From the IMG/VR virus record IMGVR_UViG_3300006169_000011, positions 1 through 44,813 of that record: a stretch of DNA of 44,813 nt; one strand, written 5' to 3'. The notes under the pieces were generated by a model, which was not told the origin of the DNA, did no database searches, and was given only the letters and a program-made list of their open reading frames with translations. Both the position numbers and the translations under genes were made by a program. The DNA comes from a virus (taxonomy: Duplodnaviria > Caudoviricetes). The first letter of the stretch is position 1; each line of letters opens with the position of its first letter. Below are positions 19,798 through 29,800 of the stretch, in pieces.

Positions 19798-20580
19798 ATG
19801 AGAAGGGTGTGGGCGCTTGTTGTCCTGATGATATTCCTGCCGTTGTTGATGGTTATTCCCGCTACGGCTGGTCAGCCTGGTCCCAACGTACCGCCCGTGA
19901 ATCCTCCACCAGTCGTCTTTCCGAAGAGAGTGGAGTTGAGATGTGATGCGGGAGAAAGAACATGCCGATTCAGGATTGATGGAGAAGGCGGTGTCGTGGG
20001 GAACAACTCTATCGACATTCTTATTCGTAGGGTGGGCAGGCTACCGGCTCGGCCTCCACGAGTGGTTCGTGTCCCTGGCCCGGTTCGAACTAGAACGATT
20101 ACGCCACCCCGAAGAACGGTCACAATCAGACCCGCACCAAGAACAGTCAGAGTCACCACGGAATCAGGGGGAGGCTCGTCCTCAGAAACAGTCACCAGAC
20201 GCCGTGTAGTGCGCGTTCCCGGCCCAACAAATACGGTCACGGTAGGACCACCCCAGACCACCGCCACGACAATTACCAGGCCCCGTGTTACCATCACCGC
20301 TGAGAATCCGCTACCACCCAGAATAACGGTCACGTCTAGCCCTACTGGACAAGCACCTAGTCCTCGTGCTACAATAACGGAGACGCCAGAATCAGCCCCG
20401 ACGAAGAAACTCAGCGTTGCGGTCACGATTCCGCAGGCGGTAGGAATTAGTGTGCTAGGAATTCTCATCCTCATGGCTATAGTTCTGGCCGGTATGTACG
20501 CCGGATATGCCCTGGGATTCAAAGAGTCGGACGACCAGAGCGTAGAGTTCCTGACGTTCCTACGAGACAAACTTAGATAG
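19798..20580 (+). CDS. Exported Pro/Thr/Arg-rich membrane-anchored protein
   Basis: Signal-peptide-like N-terminus (MRR + hydrophobic + ATA), low-complexity middle, C-terminal TM helix. Confidence 0.7.
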   Translation: MRRVWALVVLMIFLPLLMVIPATAGQPGPNVPPVNPPPVVFPKRVELRCDAGERTCRFRIDGEGGVVGNNSIDILIRRVGRLPARPPRVVRVPGPVRTRTITPPRRTVTIRPAPRTVRVTTESGGGSSSETVTRRRVVRVPGPTNTVTVGPPQTTATTITRPRVTITAENPLPPRITVTSSPTGQAPSPRATITETPESAPTKKLSVAVTIPQAVGISVLGILILMAIVLAGMYAGYALGFKESDDQSVEFLTFLRDKLR

Positions 20581-20586
20581 GATACA

Positions 20587-21342
20587 ATGACAAACGACAT
20601 TAAGTGGCTGATGGTTAGCGATATCCATTTTCCTCTGCACGACCAGCGAAAGGTTGAACTGTTCCTGAAAGTGGCTAAATGGTTCAAGCCTGACGCGGTA
20701 GACCTTTTGGGAGACATTGACAATGCCGACTCCACAAGCCGATGGGCGGACGGAGGAACCGGCGAGTTCAAGGGAATCGAAGACGAAGGTGTCAAGGACA
20801 CCCGGGACTTCCTGGTTGACCTCAGAAAAACGGTCGGTATGGATGCGGAGTGTCATTTCCACGACGGTAACCACGGTTGGACTCGCCACGAGCAGTACCT
20901 AGACAGAAAAGCACCCACATTCAAGGAGTTCATCACACCTGACCTATTGTACGAGTATTCCAAGGTCGGGTTCGAATGGCATCGTTATGACGAAGCGCCG
21001 GTACACAGGTATGGCGACATGTATGCCCACCACGGAGAGAGCGTATCCAAGCACTCGGCCGAGTCGGTACGAAATGATGTTCTCAATTGGGGTTGCAGTC
21101 TCGTCAGAGGGCACTCTCACAGACAGGGCTCATACTACAAGACCTATGACCTTACCGGCCAGAAACTCAGAGGATTTGAGATAGGCCACCTGTGTGACGA
21201 GAACAAGATGAGTTACACAATCACAAAGGACTGGCAGGCTGGCTTCGCCATAGCCCATGTTGTTAACGATTATCCTCACTTTTCTCTCGTTGAGATTGTG
21301 GACTATACCTGCGTAGTCGATGGAAAGCGATTCGCAGCGTAA
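20587..21342 (+). CDS. Calcineurin-like metallophosphoesterase
   Basis: Motifs SDIH, GDID, GNH, HG, GHSH. Confidence 0.88.
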   Translation: MTNDIKWLMVSDIHFPLHDQRKVELFLKVAKWFKPDAVDLLGDIDNADSTSRWADGGTGEFKGIEDEGVKDTRDFLVDLRKTVGMDAECHFHDGNHGWTRHEQYLDRKAPTFKEFITPDLLYEYSKVGFEWHRYDEAPVHRYGDMYAHHGESVSKHSAESVRNDVLNWGCSLVRGHSHRQGSYYKTYDLTGQKLRGFEIGHLCDENKMSYTITKDWQAGFAIAHVVNDYPHFSLVEIVDYTCVVDGKRFAA

Positions 21343-21351
21343 GGGAAAGTC

Positions 21352-21360
21352 TGCTATAAT
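21352..21360 (+). promoter_or_regulatory. Extended -10 promoter upstream of holin
   Basis: TGCTATAAT; weak -35. Confidence 0.5.
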
Positions 21361-21391
21361 GAGAGTATCCTTTGGATGAAGGAGGTTAACT

Positions 21392-21721
21392 ATGGAATAT
21401 GCAAAGGCTGGACTAGCCGTTGTCGCAACCGTTCTCACAGCACTTGTCGCTGCCTTCACAGGCGGTGTGACAGCAGTGGAATGGGTCAACGTAGCAATTG
21501 CCGGTGTCACAGCAGCAGCGGTATTCGCAGCACCGAACGTGCCAGGCGCAAAGTACACGAAGGCTGTGCTCGCCGTCCTCGGCGCGGTACTGGTCTTCCT
21601 GACTTCTGCAATTATCGGTGGACTTTCAACACCTGAACTAATGCAGTTGGTCGTGGTTGCACTTGGCGCTCTCGGCGTCTACGCTGTGCCTAACCGCTCA
21701 GGCCGCAAGGTGGTGGCTTGA
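21392..21721 (+). CDS. Putative holin (4 TM, tandem duplication)
   Basis: SD AAGGAGG; two related 2-TM units each ending in (F/Y)A(A/V)PN; basic C-tail. Confidence 0.65.
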   Translation: MEYAKAGLAVVATVLTALVAAFTGGVTAVEWVNVAIAGVTAAAVFAAPNVPGAKYTKAVLAVLGAVLVFLTSAIIGGLSTPELMQLVVVALGALGVYAVPNRSGRKVVA

Positions 21722-21903
21722 TGTTTTGTGGCAAGTGCGGAGGAAGAATGTTCGTGGACAGAGTTTTCTCAGAGAACAAGAACTATGAGTTGTTCTGCAT
21801 TCTCTGTGGGAACCGTCCCTTTGTAGGGAAAAACACAAGTTTCGGAAGATGGCTACACAGAAAAGAAACGGCGCTCGCAAACGCGGCAGCAAGAAAAAAC
21901 TAA
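21721..21903 (+). CDS. Zinc-ribbon protein
   Basis: CxxC...CxxC (CGKC, CILC). Confidence 0.65.
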   Translation: MFCGKCGGRMFVDRVFSENKNYELFCILCGNRPFVGKNTSFGRWLHRKETALANAAARKN

Positions 21904-22382
21904 AGTTCTGGTTCCTCAACGACGAACTTCACATGACCCTACACATAAACAGGCCGGGAGACCTGATAACGGCGTGGTCCTACCCGCGAGGCAAGCGGGT
22001 AGGCTACTCCTACTCAGACGTACTCAGAAACCACAAGCCGGGTTTCACAACCATGGAGGTTTCAAGAATGCTCAACAGACATAGAGTGACTGTTGAGAAC
22101 TATATTCTCAACGGAATCATACCGGCCCCTCAGTTTACATACACACTAGAAGACAGAAAGAAGCACAAGTATATGTGGAGGGAGGAAGACGTTTTAAGGC
22201 TACATGAGTATGTCGCCAACCTGCATCACGGAAATGCAAGGAACGACGGGTGCATCACACCCTGGCCTCCATTGCCTACCGCCCGTGAGTTGCGGGCCAT
22301 GATGCGCGACGGAATCGTCTACTACGTAGAGACGGAGGACGGTTTCAAGCCAACATGGAAAGCGGAAGAAAATTTTGTCTAA
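21849..22382 (+). CDS. Helix-turn-helix DNA-binding protein (excisionase/MerR-like HTH)
   Basis: FTTMEVSRMLNRHRVTVENYILNGIIPAP. Confidence 0.7.
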   Translation: MATQKRNGARKRGSKKKLKFWFLNDELHMTLHINRPGDLITAWSYPRGKRVGYSYSDVLRNHKPGFTTMEVSRMLNRHRVTVENYILNGIIPAPQFTYTLEDRKKHKYMWREEDVLRLHEYVANLHHGNARNDGCITPWPPLPTARELRAMMRDGIVYYVETEDGFKPTWKAEENFV

Positions 22383-22677
22383 AGCAAAGTACACACCATT
22401 GGAGTATTTCGACGAAGATGAAGTCTTAGACAGTCCCACCGCTCTGAGACAAGCGGCCATGGCACTTGACGTGGCGGCACAGTTGGCGGTAGAATCAAGG
22501 GACACCGAAACCCTCATCGCCGTCTCTATGGGATGGACAAAACTGTCAGAGTCCCTAGGGGAAGAAGAGGAAGAGGAAGAAGAGAAGGACAAGGAAGAGA
22601 AGCCCCAAGTCGGGTTCTCATCAGGAGGAATGAATGGCCAAGCAAGTAACGGACGAGACAGAAGTAACAGTGGCTAA
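22375..22677 (+). CDS. Acidic hypothetical protein
   Basis: 100-aa ORF with poly-Glu tract, coupled to neighbours. Confidence 0.55.
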   Translation: MSKAKYTPLEYFDEDEVLDSPTALRQAAMALDVAAQLAVESRDTETLIAVSMGWTKLSESLGEEEEEEEEKDKEEKPQVGFSSGGMNGQASNGRDRSNSG

Positions 22678-22882
22678 GAAGGTTCTGACCGAAGATTGGG
22701 TCGAACTCCACATCGAGACCACCAAGAACACAGGAAATTTCGAGAACGTCAGAATTCGTCTCGGATATGGAAGGAACGTCAGAGACGGAGAAACTCCCGG
22801 CGCGGCTATCGACAAGATGTATGAACAGGTCGGTACCAAGTTGGTCGAGAAGGTAAACTCAGCAGCAGCAGACTTGTCATGA
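22634..22882 (+). CDS. Hypothetical protein
   Basis: SD AGGAGG; T.N.GNFENVRI.LG motif common in small phage proteins. Confidence 0.6.
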   Translation: MAKQVTDETEVTVAKKVLTEDWVELHIETTKNTGNFENVRIRLGYGRNVRDGETPGAAIDKMYEQVGTKLVEKVNSAAADLS

Positions 22883-23214
22883 CCCCACAGCAGCAGGCCC
22901 ACGCCCTCATCACCTATTTCGAGAAGACTTACGAAGACAAGTATCATCGTAAGCCCAAGGTGAACAGGGTCGCTGACAAATGGGGATTCCTAGACATTCT
23001 GCAAGACCTTGACAGTAAGAGGGTGCAGCAACTAATCGACTTCTACTTCATGACAGGGGGAACTCACACAATAAAGAACTTCATGTTCAACTATGACTCT
23101 CTTCTGGAAGGACTGGAAGAGAAGGAACAGGATGTGGCAGCCCGCCGCAAACTGAGGCAAGAGACAAAGCGGAGGATGGAACAAAGTGGCAACGCCAGAA
23201 GCGAAGGTAATTAA
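22879..23214 (+). CDS. Hypothetical protein (possible helicase accessory)
   Basis: 111 aa, overlaps helicase start. Confidence 0.55.
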   Translation: MTPQQQAHALITYFEKTYEDKYHRKPKVNRVADKWGFLDILQDLDSKRVQQLIDFYFMTGGTHTIKNFMFNYDSLLEGLEEKEQDVAARRKLRQETKRRMEQSGNARSEGN

Positions 23215-24406
23215 CTCCGTATGCAAGAACAAGGACATGGCATCCCTGCTCTCTTTGCAGGTTGATGACCTGTTCGTGGGATATGCAGATGTGTGGCAGA
23301 CCCTAAAGACGTACTACAGCAAACACCGCAAGGTGCCCGACCTGTCCGTTCTCCAAGAGCGTCACGACGACCTGGAGGCGGTAGAGGTAAATGGTGAGAC
23401 CTCCCACTATGTAGATGAACTCAGAAGTGAATTCATCAACAACCGCATGGAGACCATCATGGAGCGTGCGGGTGAATTCCTGAAGACAGAGGCACCTACG
23501 CTCGTGCTGTCAAGAATGCAGCAGGAACTTGCAAGACTCAACAAGTATACCGCTGGTGTCAGGGACTTCAACCTCACCGACGTAAACAGGCTGACCGAGC
23601 ATTTCGAGGAACGCCGCCAGCGCAGTGAGGAAATGCAGGGTGTTCCCGGTATCACCACCGGCATAAAGTTCATCGACCAGGCTTATTCGACAGGAATGGG
23701 CCAGGGTCACCTAGTCGTATCAATTGGCTGGCCAGGAAAAGGAAAGACGTGGCTTGCATCATACATCGCCATGAACGCCTTTTTCAAGGGTTACAAGCCG
23801 ATGATATTCTCCCTGGAAATGACCTCGGAGAGCATGGCAGAGCGTATCGTGACCATGATGGGAGACGGCCTCTTCAGCAATGCCGCCCTCACACGTGGTG
23901 ATATCAACATGGACGATTTCAGCACGTTCTCCAAGAAAAAACTGCTCGACCGTCAGGACTTCATTCTGGTGGAAAGGGACGGTATCGCAGATGTAACACC
24001 GAACATGATTGGCGGTAAGATAGAGCAGTACAAGCCCGACTTCGTTGTGCTCGACTATGCTCAGTTGTTCAGCGACAACCGCCACACAGAGGGCATGACA
24101 CCACGCATGATGAACTTCTCGCGTGAGGTCAAGGGCCTCGCCACGGCAAATAGAATCCCGATTCTCCTGATTACCGCCGCCACAGCGGAGGAAAACAGCG
24201 ACCTCAACGACCCGCCAACGCTGCACAAGGTGGCATGGAGCAAGTCGATTGAGTACGATGCGGACCACGCTTTCGCGGTACAGTACAATGAGGAATCTGG
24301 TCTATTCGAAGTAGTATGTCGAAAGAACCGTTGGGGACCGTACTATGCAGGGTTCCTAAACTGGGATATCGACAAGGGAATCATTAGAGAGCAGTTCGAT
24401 TTCTAG
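23186..24406 (+). CDS. dnaB: DnaB-like replicative helicase
   Basis: Walker A GWPGKGKT, FSLEM, VVLDYAQL, SIEYDAD, KNR motifs. Confidence 0.92.
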   Translation: MATPEAKVINSVCKNKDMASLLSLQVDDLFVGYADVWQTLKTYYSKHRKVPDLSVLQERHDDLEAVEVNGETSHYVDELRSEFINNRMETIMERAGEFLKTEAPTLVLSRMQQELARLNKYTAGVRDFNLTDVNRLTEHFEERRQRSEEMQGVPGITTGIKFIDQAYSTGMGQGHLVVSIGWPGKGKTWLASYIAMNAFFKGYKPMIFSLEMTSESMAERIVTMMGDGLFSNAALTRGDINMDDFSTFSKKKLLDRQDFILVERDGIADVTPNMIGGKIEQYKPDFVVLDYAQLFSDNRHTEGMTPRMMNFSREVKGLATANRIPILLITAATAEENSDLNDPPTLHKVAWSKSIEYDADHAFAVQYNEESGLFEVVCRKNRWGPYYAGFLNWDIDKGIIREQFDF

Positions 24407-24708
24407 TGCACGGACACATAAAAGCCTTCAACATGAAGGGTGACATAGAAGAAAAAAGGCTGGTACAGACCAGAGAGAGACTGATAAATGACCTGGAAGG
24501 GCAGATGCGGGACTGTGGATATATTCCGGTCCTTGACATACCGCCTCAGTTCAATGTATCATACCATAGTGACAAGGGTGGCACATTCACCTTCAAACTG
24601 ACACTATACGGAACATGGATGGGAGAAAGAGCGTGGCAAGTAGATGGAATGCTGGATGGGAAGGTACTTCCGAAGTCTACACCGCCGCGCAAGTCGAAGC
24701 CGTCCTAG
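24406..24708 (+). CDS. Hypothetical protein
   Basis: 100-aa ORF between helicase and primase. Confidence 0.6.
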   Translation: MHGHIKAFNMKGDIEEKRLVQTRERLINDLEGQMRDCGYIPVLDIPPQFNVSYHSDKGGTFTFKLTLYGTWMGERAWQVDGMLDGKVLPKSTPPRKSKPS

Positions 24709-25739
24709 AAAACTCTGATGTAGAGATAGTAGGTGAGACCGCAGAGGTATTCACCTGTCTATGCCCATATCACGGAAACACGGATACGGCTGCCTTCGCG
24801 GTGAACAAGCGAAACGGTACCTACATTTGCTTCAATCCGGCCTGTGGCCGAAGCGGAAACCTGGAAGGGCTGGTAATGTCCTTGCAGAATGTAGGCGTCT
24901 ACCAGGCGAAGCGTATCATCATGCGTCAGAGGCGTGCGGGAGGCTCGTCGTTCCAAGACAGGCTGAAGGAAATTCTGGCCGATGAGCCCCTACCCGCATT
25001 TCCTCAGGACATAATCTACAGGCTGCACAGCCAACTATGGAAGACGCCTCATGCCCTGGAATATATGCACGACAGGGGGTTTGAGGACGACACCCTGAGT
25101 TATTTTGAGGTAGGCTATTCAAACGCCTACGACAAGCGTCTAGGTCGTGACAAGGACATGATTACCGTCCCCATGCATGACTACCAGGGCAACCCTGTGG
25201 GGCTGGTGGGCCGCTGGGCCTCCCACACAGAGAAGATATTCAGAAACTCTGACAAACTACCCAAGAAAGAGACGCTTTTCAACCTGCACCGTGCACGAAA
25301 AGTGGGCGGTACAGTCATTATTGTGGAAGCAACCTTCGATGCCATGAGAATACACCAGGCGGGCTTCCCAGGAGTAGTCGCTGTGCTTGGAGGCCATATC
25401 TCACCATGGCACATCGCACAACTCAACAGGTATTTCGATACCGTCATCATCATGACGGACTACGACGACTGGCAGTATTATCCCAACTGCAAGAAATGTG
25501 GGAGGAAATGCAAGGGACACCGCCCTGGACGTGACCTGGGCAACCAGATTGTCGAACAACTAAGAAACAAGAAGATGCGCTGGGCGGTAACCGACGAAGG
25601 GGCGGTATTCCCAAGGGAGCAAAAAGACGCCTGTTCAATAACAGACGAAGAGATAAGAACAATGCTCAGGAATGTCATCCCCAACTTCAAATACCAGCAA
25701 CTACCCCTTGCATCAAGGCACAACCCGTGCTATAATTGA
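24615..25739 (+). CDS. dnaG: DNA primase (DnaG-like; start may be GTG 24633)
   Basis: CPYH..CFNPAC zinc domain; TOPRIM IVEATFD and TDYD. Confidence 0.9.
   Translation: MDGRKSVASRWNAGWEGTSEVYTAAQVEAVLENSDVEIVGETAEVFTCLCPYHGNTDTAAFAVNKRNGTYICFNPACGRSGNLEGLVMSLQNVGVYQAKRIIMRQRRAGGSSFQDRLKEILADEPLPAFPQDIIYRLHSQLWKTPHALEYMHDRGFEDDTLSYFEVGYSNAYDKRLGRDKDMITVPMHDYQGNPVGLVGRWASHTEKIFRNSDKLPKKETLFNLHRARKVGGTVIIVEATFDAMRIHQAGFPGVVAVLGGHISPWHIAQLNRYFDTVIIMTDYDDWQYYPNCKKCGRKCKGHRPGRDLGNQIVEQLRNKKMRWAVTDEGAVFPREQKDACSITDEEIRTMLRNVIPNFKYQQLPLASRHNPCYN
25708..25736 (+). promoter_or_regulatory. Promoter for ssb-dnaE
   Basis: TTGCAT-17-TATAAT with TG extension. Confidence 0.75.
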
Positions 25740-25790
25740 GTCACAGGGTTCAACATGGACCCGCACATTTTAAGGAGATATACATAACAG

Positions 25791-26480
25791 ATGGGTGTAC
25801 TAAAAGGACTAAAGGCAATCAAGGCTCACCAGGCCGAGCAGGAAGCCAGGAGAGAAAAGTCTGACCGTCCCAAGACAACTTGGTTCAAGTTGCAAGGTGG
25901 AACGTCAGCAAAGGTCAGGTTCCTTCAGGAACTAGACGAGGAATCCCCACACTATTCGGAGAAGAACGGACTCGCCCTCATGGTGGTCGAGCACCGTCAC
26001 CCGACACGCTTCATGCAGAAGGCGGTTTGCACCGCCGACGAAGGCGGATGCTGGGCCTGCGAAATGAACGCAGCGAACCCGCGTGAGGGATGGCACCAGA
26101 GAACACAACTATATGCTAACGTCCTCGTGGACGACGGCACGAACGAGCCATACGTGGCGCTGTTCTCACGAGCAGACGGAAAGAACTCCATCGTCGGAAC
26201 AATCGTGGAATACGCGGAAGAGAACGACAGTATCTCAAACCGCTGGTTCAAGATTACCCGCAAGGGTACCGGCAAGGAAGACACTTCCTACTCTATTATG
26301 GGATTCGACCCCAAGGATGACGTGAACGTCGAGGACTATGAACTCTTCGACCTACAGAACGTTCTCCGTGAGGTTCCCTATGACAAGCAGGAAGAACACT
26401 ATAATTTCGTCTGGGAGAACAGAGACAACAAGGACTCTGCTCCCAAGGAAGAGACAACTTCAATCAACGAGAAGTGGTGA
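25791..26480 (+). CDS. Single-stranded DNA-binding protein (gp32-like)
   Basis: WFKL..VRFL, H..C..CWAC zinc site, ITRKGTG..TSY, acidic tail; SD AAGGAG. Confidence 0.8.
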   Translation: MGVLKGLKAIKAHQAEQEARREKSDRPKTTWFKLQGGTSAKVRFLQELDEESPHYSEKNGLALMVVEHRHPTRFMQKAVCTADEGGCWACEMNAANPREGWHQRTQLYANVLVDDGTNEPYVALFSRADGKNSIVGTIVEYAEENDSISNRWFKITRKGTGKEDTSYSIMGFDPKDDVNVEDYELFDLQNVLREVPYDKQEEHYNFVWENRDNKDSAPKEETTSINEKW

Positions 26481-26486
26481 GCGTGC

Positions 26487-26510
26487 GGGGTGGCCTTTCG
26501 GGGCCACCCC
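26487..26510 (+). terminator. GC-rich UUCG hairpin after ssb (no U-tract)
   Basis: GGGGTGGCCT-TTCG-GGGCCACCCC. Confidence 0.55.
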
Positions 26511-26516
26511 CGCCGC

Positions 26517-26825
26517 ATGGTTACAGAGAAATATCGAAGGTATCTGAAGAGTGACAAGTGGAAGGCAAAGCGACAGGCTTATTTTGACCGATATGGTTAC
26601 TCCTGCAAGGCGTGTGGCACCAGAAAAGGGCCTATCCAACTACATCACCTTGACTACAGCAGAATCTTCAACGAACGGCTCAGTGATTTTGTTTCACTGT
26701 GTGTACCCTGTCACCGTGAAGTGACAAGAGTCTACCGGCGCAACCGCAGAGTAGGTCTGCGTCGTGTTACAATGGACTATATAAGATACAGGCAATCCCG
26801 AAAGCCTGCGAACGGAGAACAATGA
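26517..26825 (+). CDS. HNH endonuclease
   Basis: YLKS..W...R..CKAC..LHHLDY....E...D..LC..CH. Confidence 0.8.
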   Translation: MVTEKYRRYLKSDKWKAKRQAYFDRYGYSCKACGTRKGPIQLHHLDYSRIFNERLSDFVSLCVPCHREVTRVYRRNRRVGLRRVTMDYIRYRQSRKPANGEQ

Positions 26826-29800
26826 CTTTTTCACATTTGCACGTCCATAGTTATTTTAGTCTCATGGATGGCTTGTCCAGTCCACGTGAATTGCTTGAAG
26901 CAGCGAAGGCCCAAGGCCAGTCCGCGCTCGCAATTACCGACCATGGTACTATGAGTGGACACAGAGACTTTCAGCGTGAAGCCAAGAATCTAGGCATGAA
27001 GCCCGTTCTCGGGCTGGAAGCCTATATCTCTCCTACTACCCTGGACGACAGGAGGCCGGTAGCCAAGAGAGACGACAACACCAAACTCTACAACCACATC
27101 ATCCTACTAGCCAAGGATGCAAACGGATACAGGAACCTCTCCAACCTATCAGAGATAGCATGGACCCAGGGTTTCTACTCAAAGCCAAGAATTGACAGGG
27201 CTGTCCTCGCAGAGAACAGGGATGGTCTCATCGTGTTGTCTGGATGCATGACCGGGCTAATCTCCAAGGCCATCGAGAATGGCAATGAAGACCAGGCAAA
27301 TGACCTGACCCGCTGGTTCAAGGAAACCTTCGAAGAGAACTTCTACATGGAGATTCAGCCACACAACCCTGTTGAACTTAACATGGGACTGCTGGAACTC
27401 GCAGACAGGTTCAACATCAGGCCGGTAGTGACTGGTGACTGCCACTATGCCAAAGAAGAAGACAGATGGAGAGAAGAGGCAATGCTCATCCTCTCTACCG
27501 GCCCGAACATCAACAGAAAGGCAACCTATGAGTCAGCAAAGGCACAGCCGAATATATTTGCCCGCCTCAACCATCTCTATCCAGACAGAGCAATCAGTTT
27601 TCAGGACATTGATGTATTTGTCACAAGCGAGGACCAGATTGCAAAGGCACTACGGAATGCATGTATTGACCGGGCAGACGTTATTGAGAACACTGCTAGA
27701 ATCACCGATAGTGTAGGTGAGTACGACTACCACGAAAAGGGAGAGTTCCTTCCGCGTCCCAAGACAGACAACCCTTCCGCCCTTCTCAGAAAGAAGGCAT
27801 ACGAAGGGCTGAAGCGTCGTGGGCTGCATGAGTCAAAGCCCCATGTTGACCAACTGAATGTTGAACTGAAGGTATTCAGCGACCTGGACTTCGACCCGTA
27901 CATCATCATGGTGGCGAATGCCGTATCCTGGGCCAAGAAGCAGGGAATCAGAGTCGGGCCGGGACGAGGTAGTGCAGCAGGCTCAGTAGTATGTTACGCC
28001 CTGGATATCACAGACGAAGACCCGCTGGCCCACAACCTCCTGTTCTTCAGGTTCGTCAACCCAGAAAGAATGGCAGCAGGAGAACTTCCTGACATTGATA
28101 TTGACTTCGAAGACAGGAGAAGGAACGAGGTAAAGGAATACGCCAGGAGGCAGTACAAGGACGTGGCCTCGATTGCCACATTTGGGCGCTTCCAGGGAAA
28201 GAACTCAGTCAAGGATGCCTCCAGGGTTTTCAACGTTCCTCTGGGTGATGTGAACCGTGCCTTGAAGGCCGTTCACACAGACCCAGCCGAGACTTTCTTT
28301 GACCGCTGGGAGGCCACTCCTGCCGGTAAGAAATTCAAGCGGGACTACCCTGAGGTGGTGGGCCTGGCCCAATTTTTGCACGGTCGTATCAGGCAGATAG
28401 GCGTCCATGCTGGCGGTCTCATTGTGTCCAGGGAGCCAATCAACCAGTACGCTCCAATTCAGACGGTAGCGGAGAAGGGAAATCCCAACAGGGTGCCTCT
28501 CGTCGCTCTCGACATGGAGGACGTGGCCGGTATCGGCTTTGTGAAGCAGGACTTCCTAGGTCTGAAGAGTCTCTCCGTCATCGAAGACACTGTTAGACTT
28601 ATCAAGGAACGCCATGGCATAGAAATCGACACGGCCAGAATTCCAAGGGACGATGCTCGTGTATACAAAATGCTCTCAGAGGGATACACCAAGGGAGTGT
28701 TCCAGTGTGAGCAGCCAGCGTACACAGGAATGCTTATCAAGATGGGCGGTGTCAAGAACTTCGATGAACTAGCGGCGTCAAATGCTTTGGTTCGTCCTGG
28801 TGCCATGGACTCCACCGCTGGAGCAGCGTTCATTGCACGAAAGAACGGACGTCAGACCGTCCAGTACCACCACCCTGACATGGTTGAATTCACCAAGGAA
28901 ACATACGGAACCATCATCTACCAGGAACAGGTCATGCTCACCATGACAGAACTGGCCGGTATGTCAATGGGAACAGCCGACAAGGTACGTAAGATTATCG
29001 GTAAGAAGAGAGACGTAAGAGAGTTCGAACAGTATAAGGAAGAATTTGTCGAAGGCGCGAGCCGGAAGGTATCCAGGTTGGTAGCAGAAAAACTCTGGCA
29101 CGACTTCGAAGCCCACGCCAACTACTCGTTCAACAAGTCCCACGCTGTCGTCTATTCCCTGCTGTCCTACTGGACGGCCTGGTTCAAGGTAAACTACCCA
29201 ATAGAGTTCATGGCATCCGTCCTGTCCAACGAGGGAGAGAAAGAGTCCCTGCTCGACTATCTCATTGAGACCAAGCGTCTCGGAATAGAGGTCATGCTCC
29301 CGCACATCAACAGAAGCGGGGTAAACTTTGAGATTCAGCAAGACGGAGACAGTGAGGCGATTCGCTTCGGCCTGTCCAACATCAAGAATATCTCAGACAC
29401 AGGAGCACGTCGCCTGATTGACAGACGGCCATTCTCTACGTATAATGAGTTGTATGAGATTGTCATGGCCAAGGGCAGCGGTCTCAACGCAAGAATGCTC
29501 CAAGGGCTCAATGCAGTAGGAGGCGCGGCATTCAGGGACAACCCTAGGACAGGAAACGAAAGGGAGAACTTCTACGAATACCTCAACATACCGGCCTTTG
29601 AGCACAAGGTTCTGCCACCTTCGATGGTGGTGCAGTTTCGTCCTCTTGACGAGTTTGACCCTACTGACGCTTTTGTGTCACGTGCTATGGTCAGAAGCAT
29701 CAAGACTGGCCCTGGCTGGGCTAGGCTGGATTTGGTTGACGAGTCCGGTACAGCGGGTGTGTTCACTGACGAGAATACCCCGATTGAGTCGGGAAACATG

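Noticed and set aside
19872-20801. 309-aa minus-strand ORF
   Set aside because: Antisense shadow of the low-complexity Pro/Thr/Arg gene and the phosphoesterase; no motifs or RBS
22559-22602. Purine-rich GAAGAG run as a DNA repeat element or origin
   Set aside because: Explained by a poly-Glu/Lys tract in the encoded protein
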